Sequence record: OR142618.1
Length of the DNA stretch: 64,000 nucleotides
Strand: one strand, 5' to 3'
The position numbers were made by a program, and so were the translations under genes. This document shows positions 9,082 through 17,983 of this stretch, piece by piece (position 1 is the stretch's first letter; each line of letters begins with the position of its first letter). The notes beneath the pieces were generated by a model, which was not told where the DNA came from, did no database searches, and worked only from the letters and a program-made list of their open reading frames with translations.

Positions 9082-11456
9082 TATAGATTTACCCAGGATG
9101 AAAAATATACTTGTAATGATGTTAATCCCGGATCGTCATATTCCCTCGAATAATCTTGATAACCGGTTCCGTCGTTGTTATTAAAATTACTGTTTAATGT
9201 ACTAGCAACGTCAAAGTATGATAATGTTTTGTTATAGCAATATATAGACACTGCTCTAAATGCTTTAGAATAGTTAACAACATCTCCCTCTATGGCACCT
9301 ACGTGCCCCTCTGACATACATTGTGTCATAACAACATAATTTGTATTTGTTGGACGCAAAGTAGTAAAATAGAATCTATATAATCCTGTTCCTAATTTTG
9401 TTATAGATAAGTTTAAAGTGTTTATTACAAAGAAGGAACCGCCCGTAAGGTTTGTGTCTGAGAATGATGCCAGACCTTTTGGCATATCTATTTCTACTTT
9501 CCAGTCATATCCTAAATAAGTTACTAATTGGTCCCTGCTAGCAAAACGAACATAATTGTCATTGGTATTATTGTTTCTAAATGTTACTTGGGCATTTATT
9601 GACATAGGGTCTGCATTAGTGTATGTCATACTAAATGAAGATGCAGATAGATACCCGCCGTTTGCATCAGGAAGATTAGAAGGTGTATATCTTACTGCTA
9701 TTGTGTTGGCGCCCGGACTAGTTGAATTTATTTTACCGTTAAGTAAATATGAATCTACGGCAGTACCGTTCCACGCCAATGCTCCTACTTCGGCAGCGGT
9801 CGGCGGCCGTCTGTCGTGGAATGCTAAATTACCAGAACCTATATATAGATTGTCTGCTTTAAATGATATGATACTATTTGCTACTAATGGTGTATTTATT
9901 GCACCAGTATTATAGAAGACAAACTGTATTCCGTTATCTAATGTATTGTTAGTAACCATATTCATACTAACAGCAGTAGTATTATTTTGAGAATGAATAT
10001 CTGTAACAGTACCGCCTAGTATTAGACTAGTTCCATAATTGGGTTTATATGCTAATCTGAAACTATTATCATTCATTACTATTACATCTCCTGATGTAAC
10101 AGATGAAGTTATAGACGAAGTAACAAACGGTGTTTGTTTTTTAACGTAAGCTGTGCTATCTAACCCGCCTAGTAATTCTGAATCTGGAGAAGAACTATTT
10201 GATTTATCTACGAATAGATTATTATATTCTTGGGAATTGTATGTTTCGTTTTTACCATATATAGATAAATTATTTCTAGCGGCTGCCTTATTTAAAACAT
10301 CTGCTAGGTTCAGTGTTTTATCGAATGTATTTACGTTATCTACTAATCCCAGACCTATCTGTTCTTTTGTAACTTGATGAGGGTCGTTTTTATCATTAAT
10401 GTGAGCACTAAGTAAATCTAATGTGCCCTGAGTTAATGGATGCCATTTTGCTAGATTTGTAAATTCACCGGGTTCTCCTACATATACATAAAATGATCCT
10501 TGTGTCCCGGGTCCCTCTGTTTTATACCATAGTTGTCCTTTTATAGCATTTTGGGGAGGAGAAGAACTAGCAAAGTTTTCTACCATCCATATCATGGATT
10601 CACTAAATGCTTTTTCGTAACCTGCCGAATTATATCCTGGCATAGATATAGAAAGTAAGTTAGAAGAAATATAGTTATCAGGTACATTTAATCCTGGAAT
10701 CTTGTTATAGCACTTTGCAGAAAAAGATAATACCTCGAAAGTACATAAATCCTGATTACCTGATACAAATCCAAATAATGCAGATGTTTTAAAATCAGTT
10801 AGTGTATCATCGTTTAGATCTATAGTAAACACCGAGTTATCTATTATTACGTTAGAATTCCAGTCGGAACACTTAGCTGTTATTTTATTATTTTCTCTAA
10901 TTACATTAATAATTGTATATCTATTTGACCAACCGAGATACCCTGTAGATGATGTAGAAGTAGCCCCAGCAGGACTATTAATTCCTATTGTTTTACTAGA
11001 AAGAATCGTTCTAGTTTTATTGTTATCTAAAATTAGTTCCCAATTCCTTCCGGATCCGCTGCTAGATGTGTTACCTAATGACCGGACAGCAGATATATAT
11101 TTTCCTTTTTGTCCAGCAACACACAAACCTAACCTGTTATTTCTTATAGAATTGCTAGATATTTTTATTGTAATATTAAAATCACTAACTTGATCCATGT
11201 ATAACGCATAGCTATATAACGATGCTGCATTAGTTGATATAGGATCAGGAGTTCTTGTGTAAGAAAGAATAGAAGTAGCTGACCATCCTGCAGTGACGCC
11301 GCCTATTGCTTTTCCTTCCCATGCATCATACAAGTTAACTGATGTAGCTTTTGACCAATCAGAAACAACTTCTTGGTAACTAGGAAAAGAAGTTAGTTCT
11401 CTATTTTGGTAATAATTATTTGATAAACGTAATTCGTAACCCATGACAATGCTCAA
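9081..11456 (-). CDS. Tail fibre / baseplate-associated fibre, paralogue 1 (791 aa) with extra N-terminal beta-rich domain; true start may be ATG 11444
   Basis: ENFASSSPPQNAIKGQLW; NDPHQVTKEQIGLGLV; C-terminal TKLGTGLYRFYF. Confidence 0.7.
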   Translation of the reverse strand: MSIVMGYELRLSNNYYQNRELTSFPSYQEVVSDWSKATSVNLYDAWEGKAIGGVTAGWSATSILSYTRTPDPISTNAASLYSYALYMDQVSDFNITIKISSNSIRNNRLGLCVAGQKGKYISAVRSLGNTSSSGSGRNWELILDNNKTRTILSSKTIGINSPAGATSTSSTGYLGWSNRYTIINVIRENNKITAKCSDWNSNVIIDNSVFTIDLNDDTLTDFKTSALFGFVSGNQDLCTFEVLSFSAKCYNKIPGLNVPDNYISSNLLSISMPGYNSAGYEKAFSESMIWMVENFASSSPPQNAIKGQLWYKTEGPGTQGSFYVYVGEPGEFTNLAKWHPLTQGTLDLLSAHINDKNDPHQVTKEQIGLGLVDNVNTFDKTLNLADVLNKAAARNNLSIYGKNETYNSQEYNNLFVDKSNSSSPDSELLGGLDSTAYVKKQTPFVTSSITSSVTSGDVIVMNDNSFRLAYKPNYGTSLILGGTVTDIHSQNNTTAVSMNMVTNNTLDNGIQFVFYNTGAINTPLVANSIISFKADNLYIGSGNLAFHDRRPPTAAEVGALAWNGTAVDSYLLNGKINSTSPGANTIAVRYTPSNLPDANGGYLSASSFSMTYTNADPMSINAQVTFRNNNTNDNYVRFASRDQLVTYLGYDWKVEIDMPKGLASFSDTNLTGGSFFVINTLNLSITKLGTGLYRFYFTTLRPTNTNYVVMTQCMSEGHVGAIEGDVVNYSKAFRAVSIYCYNKTLSYFDVASTLNSNFNNNDGTGYQDYSREYDDPGLTSLQVYFSSWVNL

Positions 11457-11468
11457 TATTCTTTATGA

Positions 11469-11476
11469 TATTTATC
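11469..11476 (-). promoter_or_regulatory. Putative late promoter GATAAATA for the fibre operon
   Basis: tatttatc on + strand, just upstream of the 791-aa gene. Confidence 0.6.
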
Positions 11477-11539
11477 ATAGTAATTTTAGGTAAATTTATG
11501 AAATTATATTTATTTTCTTTTATAAAACATAAAATATAG

Positions 11540-11568
11540 TTGTTTAATTTAACTGGGTGTAATATAAT
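11540..11568 (+). promoter_or_regulatory. sigma70-like promoter upstream of the structured RNA candidate
   Basis: TTGTTT-N17-TATAAT. Confidence 0.55.
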
Positions 11569-11574
11569 TTGTAG

Positions 11575-11845
11575 TGTATGCAATACATTTGCATATATAC
11601 CAAGCACTGTATGGTGAGTTGCATACAGCGATGGGCAATCGTAGTGCCGACATTGATCTAGTATGATCTGAAATAGGTCCCTTACGCCGAGGTAAGGCTA
11701 TCTGGCACGGATAGTAGTGGATGTGTATGTTCGAAATAACGATATCATATTTTAGACATACGCCGCCGTCAGCATTTTTAGTTTGCAACTGCTGATATCT
11801 TTAAGTTTTGTTGATGGCCGGGGGTGGTGCCCAGTGCATTTTTAT
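11575..11845 (+). ncRNA. Candidate structured non-coding RNA, family unassigned
   Basis: About 45% GC over 11601-11840 (counted by hand) within very AT-rich flanks; at least seven stems; G-U pairs favour the + strand; long-range pairing TGGGCA 11632-37 / TGCCCA 11828-33. Confidence 0.65.
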
Positions 11846-12039
11846 TGTAGAGTTAATGTGTAAAAGAAATAAATGTGCTTAAAGACGAGGTTCTTTTCTA
11901 AAACTGTTTCTAAAAATAATTGCGTTAAAACCTTGGGTTTAATTAATGTATTATATATGCTATATAATTAGCCCTACATAAACATGTATGTTTAACTTGT
12001 TTAGTTAACAATAAAATATGCAAATTAAGGAATTAACTG

Positions 12040-12207
12040 ATGACCAAATTTAATAAAAAATCGTTAGATACATATGAAGATAGAGAAGATTATAGAGATG
12101 AAGAAACTGGTGACAGGTTAAATAATAAGAAATCTGAACCTAAAAAAAATAATACTGATTATAAGCCGTTTGGTAAAATTACCAACCGCTATAATAATGA
12201 TAATTAA
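12040..12207 (+). CDS. Small charged hypothetical protein (55 aa), absent from the ORF track
   Basis: AAGGA RBS 8 nt upstream; MTKFNKKSLDTYEDREDYRDEETGDRLNNKK...NDN*. Confidence 0.5.
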   Translation: MTKFNKKSLDTYEDREDYRDEETGDRLNNKKSEPKKNNTDYKPFGKITNRYNNDN

Positions 12208-12235
12208 ATAGTAAATATTATTATCATTTACTACG

Positions 12236-12655
12236 GTGATAATAATGATAGAAACTATTTTAACCTCGAGAGTATTTGCTTATGTAGTTTGCATAGGTAT
12301 AATATCGTTAGCAATAACGCTCTCATATCAAAAATATCAAAAGCTTATTAGTGTAAATAAATCTCTTGAACAATCTATAGAAACGTTAACTAATGATAAT
12401 AATTCATTGCAGTTAACTATTTCTGAACAAAATAAAAAGATTGAAACATATATTCAACTTAGATTATATGAAGAATCTATAGCAAAACAAAAAGCAGAAT
12501 CACATGCTGCTTTAGAAAAACAATTACAAGATACTAAATCTCAGTTAAATGAATTAATAGAACGTAGAAAGAATGAGGCACCAAATGATCAAAGTGTGTT
12601 ATGCTCTACTGTCAGGATTGATCCTGCTTTACGCAACTGGATGCTCGCAAACTAA
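12236..12655 (+). CDS. i-spanin (Rz-like)
   Basis: N-terminal TM helix plus long coiled coil; overlaps a lipoprotein gene; adjacent to holin and endolysin. Confidence 0.75.
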   Translation: MIIMIETILTSRVFAYVVCIGIISLAITLSYQKYQKLISVNKSLEQSIETLTNDNNSLQLTISEQNKKIETYIQLRLYEESIAKQKAESHAALEKQLQDTKSQLNELIERRKNEAPNDQSVLCSTVRIDPALRNWMLAN

Positions 12656-12902
12656 ACCAGTTAAGTCTGTAGTGATAGAAAAGGAAATAGTTCCTGTTCT
12701 TCCGCCAGATTCTCTTATAGTATATTGTTACGAAAATGAAAATCCCGATACGTATGGCGAAGCGGTAGGTTCGGTTAAAAAACTAAAATCTATAATTAAA
12801 AATTCTTGTAATAAAAATATGAAAGATATAGAACTTTGGAAATCTGAAGTTAAAAAACTATATCCTACTGCGAATGACTTAGAAACAAAAAAGCAGCCTT
12901 AA
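12573..12902 (+). CDS. o-spanin (Rz1-like) lipoprotein
   Basis: Signal peptide with lipobox LLYATG-C; Pro-rich PVLPPDS; overlaps the 3' end of the i-spanin. Confidence 0.75.
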   Translation: MRHQMIKVCYALLSGLILLYATGCSQTKPVKSVVIEKEIVPVLPPDSLIVYCYENENPDTYGEAVGSVKKLKSIIKNSCNKNMKDIELWKSEVKKLYPTANDLETKKQP

Positions 12903-12913
12903 GCTGCTTTTTT
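12887..12913. terminator. Bidirectional terminator with both stop codons in the loop
   Basis: AAAAAAGCAGC-CTTAA-GCTGCTTTTTT. Confidence 0.85.
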
Positions 12914-13162
12914 ATTGTCCGAGTCGCATGGGTTTATTTTATCTTTTATATTCTGTTTTATATAACTTCCTGCAATACCTAGTATACTAAACAAACATAC
13001 TAATCCTATAAATACGTGAGTTTCTATCAAAGAACTAAATCCAATAATTGCTGGAACACCGTATTGTGCAATAGCCATTAATAAATTCACTACATGGAAA
13101 ATATAAGAATATCTTTTATATATTTTAGTCCAATTATCTGTTAATTTAAGTTTCCTAAACAT
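12899..13162 (-). CDS. Putative holin
   Basis: 87 aa, two predicted TM segments, basic termini, overlaps the endolysin stop. Confidence 0.65.
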   Translation of the reverse strand: MFRKLKLTDNWTKIYKRYSYIFHVVNLLMAIAQYGVPAIIGFSSLIETHVFIGLVCLFSILGIAGSYIKQNIKDKINPCDSDNKKAA

Positions 13163-13656
13163 ACATTCCTCTCTTCAGTTCTTCGTTTTACTAATCCTTT
13201 TAAAACAACTCCTCCTGCTTTAGTCCATTTTAGCAATTCGTTGCATGCTCCTACTTTATCGCCTGCATTTAATTTTCTAAGCATTGTGGATTGATTTCCA
13301 TTTTTTAATGTGACAAATCCGTCTTTAACCCCTTTTTTCCCTGGTCCTACGTTATATAAGAACGAAAGAAACGCAGCATGTTCGTATGGCGTTAATTCTA
13401 CCTTTACTACATTTGTTAAGATTTTATTATGTTCTAAAAGATCTTTTGCTAATTGATCCAAACATTGGCTGTCTGTAAATTGTTGTCCTTTTTTTAGCTC
13501 AGGTCCAGTGTGACCGTAGCAAGATGTTAAAATTCCTACTGGATCTACATATACCTTGTTTACTTTACCTTCAAACGGAGCCAATAGTGCTCCTCCTAGT
13601 GCAATTGCACCGGATAATCCCATTGCAATTAATTTTTTTCTAATATTATTATCCAT
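13141..13656 (-). CDS. SAR endolysin (GH24 lysozyme)
   Basis: Gly/Ala-rich N-terminal SAR (IAMGLSGAIALGGALL) followed by the E-x8-D-x5-T triad (FEGKVNKVYVDPVGILT); GLVKRRTEER. Confidence 0.92.
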   Translation of the reverse strand: MDNNIRKKLIAMGLSGAIALGGALLAPFEGKVNKVYVDPVGILTSCYGHTGPELKKGQQFTDSQCLDQLAKDLLEHNKILTNVVKVELTPYEHAAFLSFLYNVGPGKKGVKDGFVTLKNGNQSTMLRKLNAGDKVGACNELLKWTKAGGVVLKGLVKRRTEERNVCLGNLN

Positions 13657-13718
13657 ACTAATCCTTTATAAAATAAAACGTGTTAACATATATGTCAACT
13701 ATATGTATAACGGCAGCT

Positions 13719-13746
13719 TTGCAATAGTAGCATTATGCTATATACT
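13719..13746 (+). promoter_or_regulatory. Possible sigma70 promoter for the accessory operon
   Basis: TTGCAA-N16-TATACT. Confidence 0.4.
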
Positions 13747-13776
13747 GTTTTTATAACATAAACCGTTGGAGTATAT

Positions 13777-14208
13777 ATGACACTTATTTCGCAAATAAAA
13801 GCAGATCAACTTTCTGCTCGTAAATGTAAAAATAAAATAGCTACATCTCTCCTTACTACACTACTTTCAGAAGCATCTCAACCCGGCATAAATGACGGAA
13901 AGAGAGAATCTACAGATAACGAAGTAATAAGTGTAATTAATTCGTTTATCAAGAATAACAAAATAGCACAAGAAAATGCTAGCAAAGATATTCTTTGCGT
14001 ATTACAAGAAGAATTAGCTATCTTAGTTTCTTATCTACCCGAACAATATACAAAAGATAAATTAACTGAGATTATATCTAAATATATAAATAATAATCCT
14101 GATTTTACTATTTCGTCTGTTATGCAGTATTTACGACAAAATCATTCAGGAAAATATGAAGGTAGAATGGCAAAAGAAATAATTGATACGTGTATGCAGG
14201 GAGTTTAG
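13777..14208 (+). CDS. GatB/YqeY-domain protein
   Basis: IKADQLSARK...LLTTLLSE...E..IL..YLPEQ pattern typical of YqeY proteins. Confidence 0.8.
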   Translation: MTLISQIKADQLSARKCKNKIATSLLTTLLSEASQPGINDGKRESTDNEVISVINSFIKNNKIAQENASKDILCVLQEELAILVSYLPEQYTKDKLTEIISKYINNNPDFTISSVMQYLRQNHSGKYEGRMAKEIIDTCMQGV

Positions 14209-14209
14209 T

Positions 14210-14422
14210 GTGAAAATTTTAGAAATGGCAGAATCTAGTTGGATAGAATTTGTAGAAAGAAAAGACAATGATGTTATATTGCAGACAAAGTCTGGATATA
14301 CATATCTTATAAAACGAGTTCCAGATGACGTGTGGCTTGAATGGAATATAGCTCCTTCTGCAGGGGCGTATTTTGTTGCAAATATAAGAAACAAATATCA
14401 AATTAATAAAGTTGTAGGATAA
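14210..14422 (+). CDS. KTSC-domain protein (GTG start)
   Basis: YLIKRVPDDVWLEWNIAPSAGAYFVANIRNKY matches the KTSC pattern; GGAG RBS. Confidence 0.7.
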   Translation: MKILEMAESSWIEFVERKDNDVILQTKSGYTYLIKRVPDDVWLEWNIAPSAGAYFVANIRNKYQINKVVG

Positions 14423-14892
14423 TGATAGAAATAATAGCAGCAATTGGACCTAAATTAGAAATAGGACTCAATGGACGATTGCCATGGAATTACATATCGG
14501 AGGATATGGCTCATTTTAAAAAACACACAATAGGGAAATGTGTTATAATGGGTAAGACGACGTTCGAGAGTTTAAATAAAATACCTCTGTCTGGTCGTAC
14601 TAACATTGTGATGTCTACTAATGAAATTTACACAGGCGTATGCAACGTAAGATCGGTTAAAGATGCGTTAGATACAGCAATGATAAAAGACAAAGGAATT
14701 GCAGTGATCGGCGGCGCCAGCATCTATAAACAATTTGAAGGTATAGCAACTAAACTTGTAATAACACATATACCGGATAAGTATATATCGTCTGCAGATA
14801 CTTATTTTCCAATAGATCTAAATAACTGGAATGTTTTTAACGAATATAATATAACATCTGATATAATTGTTAAGGAATATGTTAAAAAATGA
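14422..14892 (+). CDS. frd: Dihydrofolate reductase
   Basis: IGLNGRLPW...DMAHFKKHT...VIMGKTTFESL..PLSGRTNIV; VIGGASIY; ADTYFP. Confidence 0.97.
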   Translation: MIEIIAAIGPKLEIGLNGRLPWNYISEDMAHFKKHTIGKCVIMGKTTFESLNKIPLSGRTNIVMSTNEIYTGVCNVRSVKDALDTAMIKDKGIAVIGGASIYKQFEGIATKLVITHIPDKYISSADTYFPIDLNNWNVFNEYNITSDIIVKEYVKK

Positions 14893-15134
14893 TATTTTTT
14901 CATATTTTAGGGGTTGTAGGTACAGTATGTGTATTATTCTGTTATTGGATGATAGCAGAAGGTAAATGGACAAATAAAACTAAAAAATATTATTTAATTA
15001 ATGGAATCGGCGCGTTATTTTTGTTAGCTAGTTTGATTGTTAATTTTAATTTAGGATCTGTAATTCTGGAGATATTCTTTTTGATTATTACTGTTCGTGG
15101 ATATTTAAAGGCAATAAAAGAAAACAATGTATAA
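14889..15134 (+). CDS. Small membrane protein (about 3 TM)
   Basis: Hydrophobic segments; ATGA overlaps with both neighbours. Confidence 0.7.
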   Translation: MIFFHILGVVGTVCVLFCYWMIAEGKWTNKTKKYYLINGIGALFLLASLIVNFNLGSVILEIFFLIITVRGYLKAIKENNV

Positions 15135-15396
15135 CGAAATAATAAACCTTATAAATTCTGAACAAGAATTCAAGAGATTATTAAAGGCGTCTGATACTAA
15201 TTTTCCTGTAAAAATATCTAAACATTTTATATTTGATAAATCTTCTAATGTTTCTCTAAATATGAAAGATATAATTTATCCTGTTGCATGTATAACTGTG
15301 TTTTCATTTGTACAAAATACAGATATAGGTGTATGTAATCATCATGTATATCCATTAGAGTGCATTAAAGCTAAATTGTTTACTGAGGAAAATTAA
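15127..15396 (+). CDS. Hypothetical protein
   Basis: Operonic ORF, 89 aa. Confidence 0.6.
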   Translation: MYNEIINLINSEQEFKRLLKASDTNFPVKISKHFIFDKSSNVSLNMKDIIYPVACITVFSFVQNTDIGVCNHHVYPLECIKAKLFTEEN

Positions 15397-15951
15397 ATGG
15401 GATCTCATTTAATAAAAACTGGTGTAAAAAATATAAAAAATAATTCTCAACAGATAGAATTTGACGATATAGTTAAGTTAGTATCTGATTCGTATAACAG
15501 ATGTGTAAATGAAATAAACAAATCAAAAATAGAATCCGATCTGTTATTAGAAACAACGTATTCTGAAGAATTAGAATACGTCGAACGGATAATTAATTTT
15601 TATAGGAAAAAAAATACAAAATTATTGTTAAATGCAATGAAAATTACTAAAACAAAACATTTACTTTTTTCTATTAAGTCTGCAACTGGTCGCCCTAGTC
15701 ACGGCGAAGTGCTATGTATTGGTAGATATAAAGGTTGGCCATCTGCTTGGGCTATACTTGAAAATGTAATAGGTATACACACATTTTGTGGTAATTCTAA
15801 TCAACAACAATTTCAACTATTAAATATAAACTTAATAGACAAAAAATTTATTAATAACGTAGTGGATGAAAATGGAAATATAGTTAATGATTCCGAAATT
15901 CGTAAGGAATTAGAAGAATACGCTGTAGTAACCAGGAAAAATTGGTATTAA
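15397..15951 (+). CDS. Hypothetical protein
   Basis: GAGG RBS; 184 aa. Confidence 0.65.
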   Translation: MGSHLIKTGVKNIKNNSQQIEFDDIVKLVSDSYNRCVNEINKSKIESDLLLETTYSEELEYVERIINFYRKKNTKLLLNAMKITKTKHLLFSIKSATGRPSHGEVLCIGRYKGWPSAWAILENVIGIHTFCGNSNQQQFQLLNINLIDKKFINNVVDENGNIVNDSEIRKELEEYAVVTRKNWY

Positions 15952-15966
15952 TAATAGGGGTAAAAC

Positions 15967-16530
15967 ATGAATATTTCCTTGCGCCGCGCTAGAAAATTAG
16001 AAATTAAATTAAAGAATTTTTTAAATGAATCTGCAAATTATAAAGCACAGATTAGGGTAAATTCTAATAGTGAACAAATCATAGAAACACTACATGTATC
16101 TAGGGTAAAATTTGAAACTGAATTAGAAAATAAAAGAAAACTAATATCTGCTAGATTTAAAATAAGAGAACTAATTGGTAAAAATAATCACAACGTAGGC
16201 ATCGATAATCTTATTACCCAGAGAGAGCACATAAAAGAACAAATAGTTCTTCTGCAAACTATGTTACTTAATGATACTGTAGAAGATTGTATTGCATGTG
16301 ATATAATAGAAGCAGAACGAAAACTCAATGAATCTATGGGTAAGAAAACTACTGTAGTTCCTGTTTCTATTATAAATTCTAATTTAAAATCAAAATACTT
16401 ATTAGAAAAAAATTCATTAAAAGCACGTTTAGACGAAATTGATGAAAAGATTTTATCGTTAAACAATTCTACTACTATAACAATTGATGACGATATAAAA
16501 GAATTATTGCTAGATAATAGGCTTATTTAA
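15967..16530 (+). CDS. Hypothetical coiled-coil protein
   Basis: AGGGG RBS; helical heptad pattern. Confidence 0.65.
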   Translation: MNISLRRARKLEIKLKNFLNESANYKAQIRVNSNSEQIIETLHVSRVKFETELENKRKLISARFKIRELIGKNNHNVGIDNLITQREHIKEQIVLLQTMLLNDTVEDCIACDIIEAERKLNESMGKKTTVVPVSIINSNLKSKYLLEKNSLKARLDEIDEKILSLNNSTTITIDDDIKELLLDNRLI

Positions 16531-16601
16531 TAATCATATATAACTATTGACGTTATATTTTAATTGTGTTTTACTATGTAAAAAATTTAAGGAATAAAAA
16601 T

Positions 16602-16853
16602 ATGAAAGTAGAAATTTACGGTAAAGAAAATTGTCCGCATTGTAAAAATGCAGTTCAGTTATGTGAAATGAGGGGATTAGAATACCATTATTACGATGTT
16701 AGTGATCAAGAAACCGGACCGGAATTAATAACAGAATTAACTAATCGCATAGGAACTAGACCGAAATCTGTTCCTCAAATTTTTATCGATAATCAACATG
16801 TGGGGGGATATACTCAGTTTCATTGTGCATTAGATGCAGCAAGGAATATGTAA
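16602..16853 (+). CDS. Glutaredoxin
   Basis: VEIYGKENCPHC, SVPQIFID..HVGGY; AAGGA RBS before ATG 16602. Confidence 0.95.
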   Translation: MKVEIYGKENCPHCKNAVQLCEMRGLEYHYYDVSDQETGPELITELTNRIGTRPKSVPQIFIDNQHVGGYTQFHCALDAARNM

Positions 16854-17003
16854 ATAAAACTATTGTATGTTTTTGTGTAAAGATGTAATACTTCGTTTTA
16901 TCGGTTAAATTTTAAAAATTTTCTAATTCAATAAACATAAAGGTCTTGTTAGAAACATTTTGTAAAAATTTCTTTAAAATTTATATAGATATTTGGTTAT
17001 TAT

Positions 17004-17534
17004 ATGTCTAGCATATATAGTAAGTTAAAAGATATAATAATTATCGATGTGGAAGCTAGTGGATCGTATCCTATAGAGATTGGATTTATAACTAGTTCGG
17101 GCAAAATAGAATCTAATTTAATAAGAAGACACCATTCTTGGTTATCTTGGGACTATAGAGCAGAAAGAAAAGTCCATAAAATTTCTAAGAATATGCTTAG
17201 CTCGCACGGAATAAGTGTCAGGAATGCTTGCACATGGTTAAATGAGTCGTTATGCGGAAAGACTGTATATTCTGATTGCGCACAAAATGATAATAAGTGG
17301 TTGCGTGCATTATTTTCTGCAGGAAACTGCGGGCAGAATTTTAGAGTATTAGATACTAACAATCTAATGCCGCAGTATCCGAAACGGTTTTATAATGAAA
17401 AATTTTTAGAATTTAAGAGAAAGAATTATAAATTAACTCAACAACACAGAGTAGATTCAGATGTTTTAGTAATTAAAGATTCTTTATTGGAACTAGCAGA
17501 ATTGGAAGAGTTTATTAATGAGCAGTTTAACTGA
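17004..17534 (+). CDS. DEDDh-like 3'-5' exonuclease
   Basis: IIIDVEASG..PIEIG; late QHRVDSDV motif. Confidence 0.75.
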   Translation: MSSIYSKLKDIIIIDVEASGSYPIEIGFITSSGKIESNLIRRHHSWLSWDYRAERKVHKISKNMLSSHGISVRNACTWLNESLCGKTVYSDCAQNDNKWLRALFSAGNCGQNFRVLDTNNLMPQYPKRFYNEKFLEFKRKNYKLTQQHRVDSDVLVIKDSLLELAELEEFINEQFN

Positions 17535-17697
17535 TATAAAAGAATTGATAGAAAAGAAGAGCATTAATATAACCATACTAGAATTTTCTGGCTGGTACTT
17601 AAAGACTAATATTGGTATTTTTACATTAATAGGAGACCAGTATTATAAAGATGGAACACCTATTTCTAAAAAAGAAATTGAGGAACTTCTAAAATGA
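17518..17697 (+). CDS. Small hypothetical protein (59 aa), absent from the ORF track
   Basis: MSSLTDIKELIEKK...IEELLK*; fills the gap exactly, with an ATGA overlap to the next gene. Confidence 0.6.
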   Translation: MSSLTDIKELIEKKSINITILEFSGWYLKTNIGIFTLIGDQYYKDGTPISKKEIEELLK

Positions 17698-17981
17698 AAC
17701 GAGTTGCATTATTGATACCATTGTGTGTTTTATATGGTTGCAGTTCTAATCCATACGAAAACAATATAGTCAATAATGCAACTCGTTATGTAACAGTAGA
17801 AACACCAGAAACAATAAGCAGAAACATTGCAAACCGATATGTATTAAATACCGATGAATTTCCTGCAAAACCCCACGACACATATAAAATGTATGGCGAA
17901 CAAATTAAATCTACCTTTAGGGGAAATGCAAGAAGATTAATAGAATCTACTATTATTTCTATATTTAGAAATAATAGATAA
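17694..17981 (+). CDS. Putative lipoprotein
   Basis: MKRVALLIPLCVLYG-C lipobox. Confidence 0.65.
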   Translation: MKRVALLIPLCVLYGCSSNPYENNIVNNATRYVTVETPETISRNIANRYVLNTDEFPAKPHDTYKMYGEQIKSTFRGNARRLIESTIISIFRNNR

Positions 17982-17983
17982 TA

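Noticed and set aside
11416-11788. Minus-strand 63- and 79-aa ORFs over the structured region
   Set aside because: No RBS or recognisable motif; the stems and G-U bias are better explained by a + strand RNA.
11575-11845. tmRNA, RNase P, tRNA or group II intron identity for the structured RNA
   Set aside because: No tag frame ending in an Ala-Ala-type stop, no T-arm/CCA end, no GAGGAAAGUC motif, no domain V. It remains unassigned pending cmscan.
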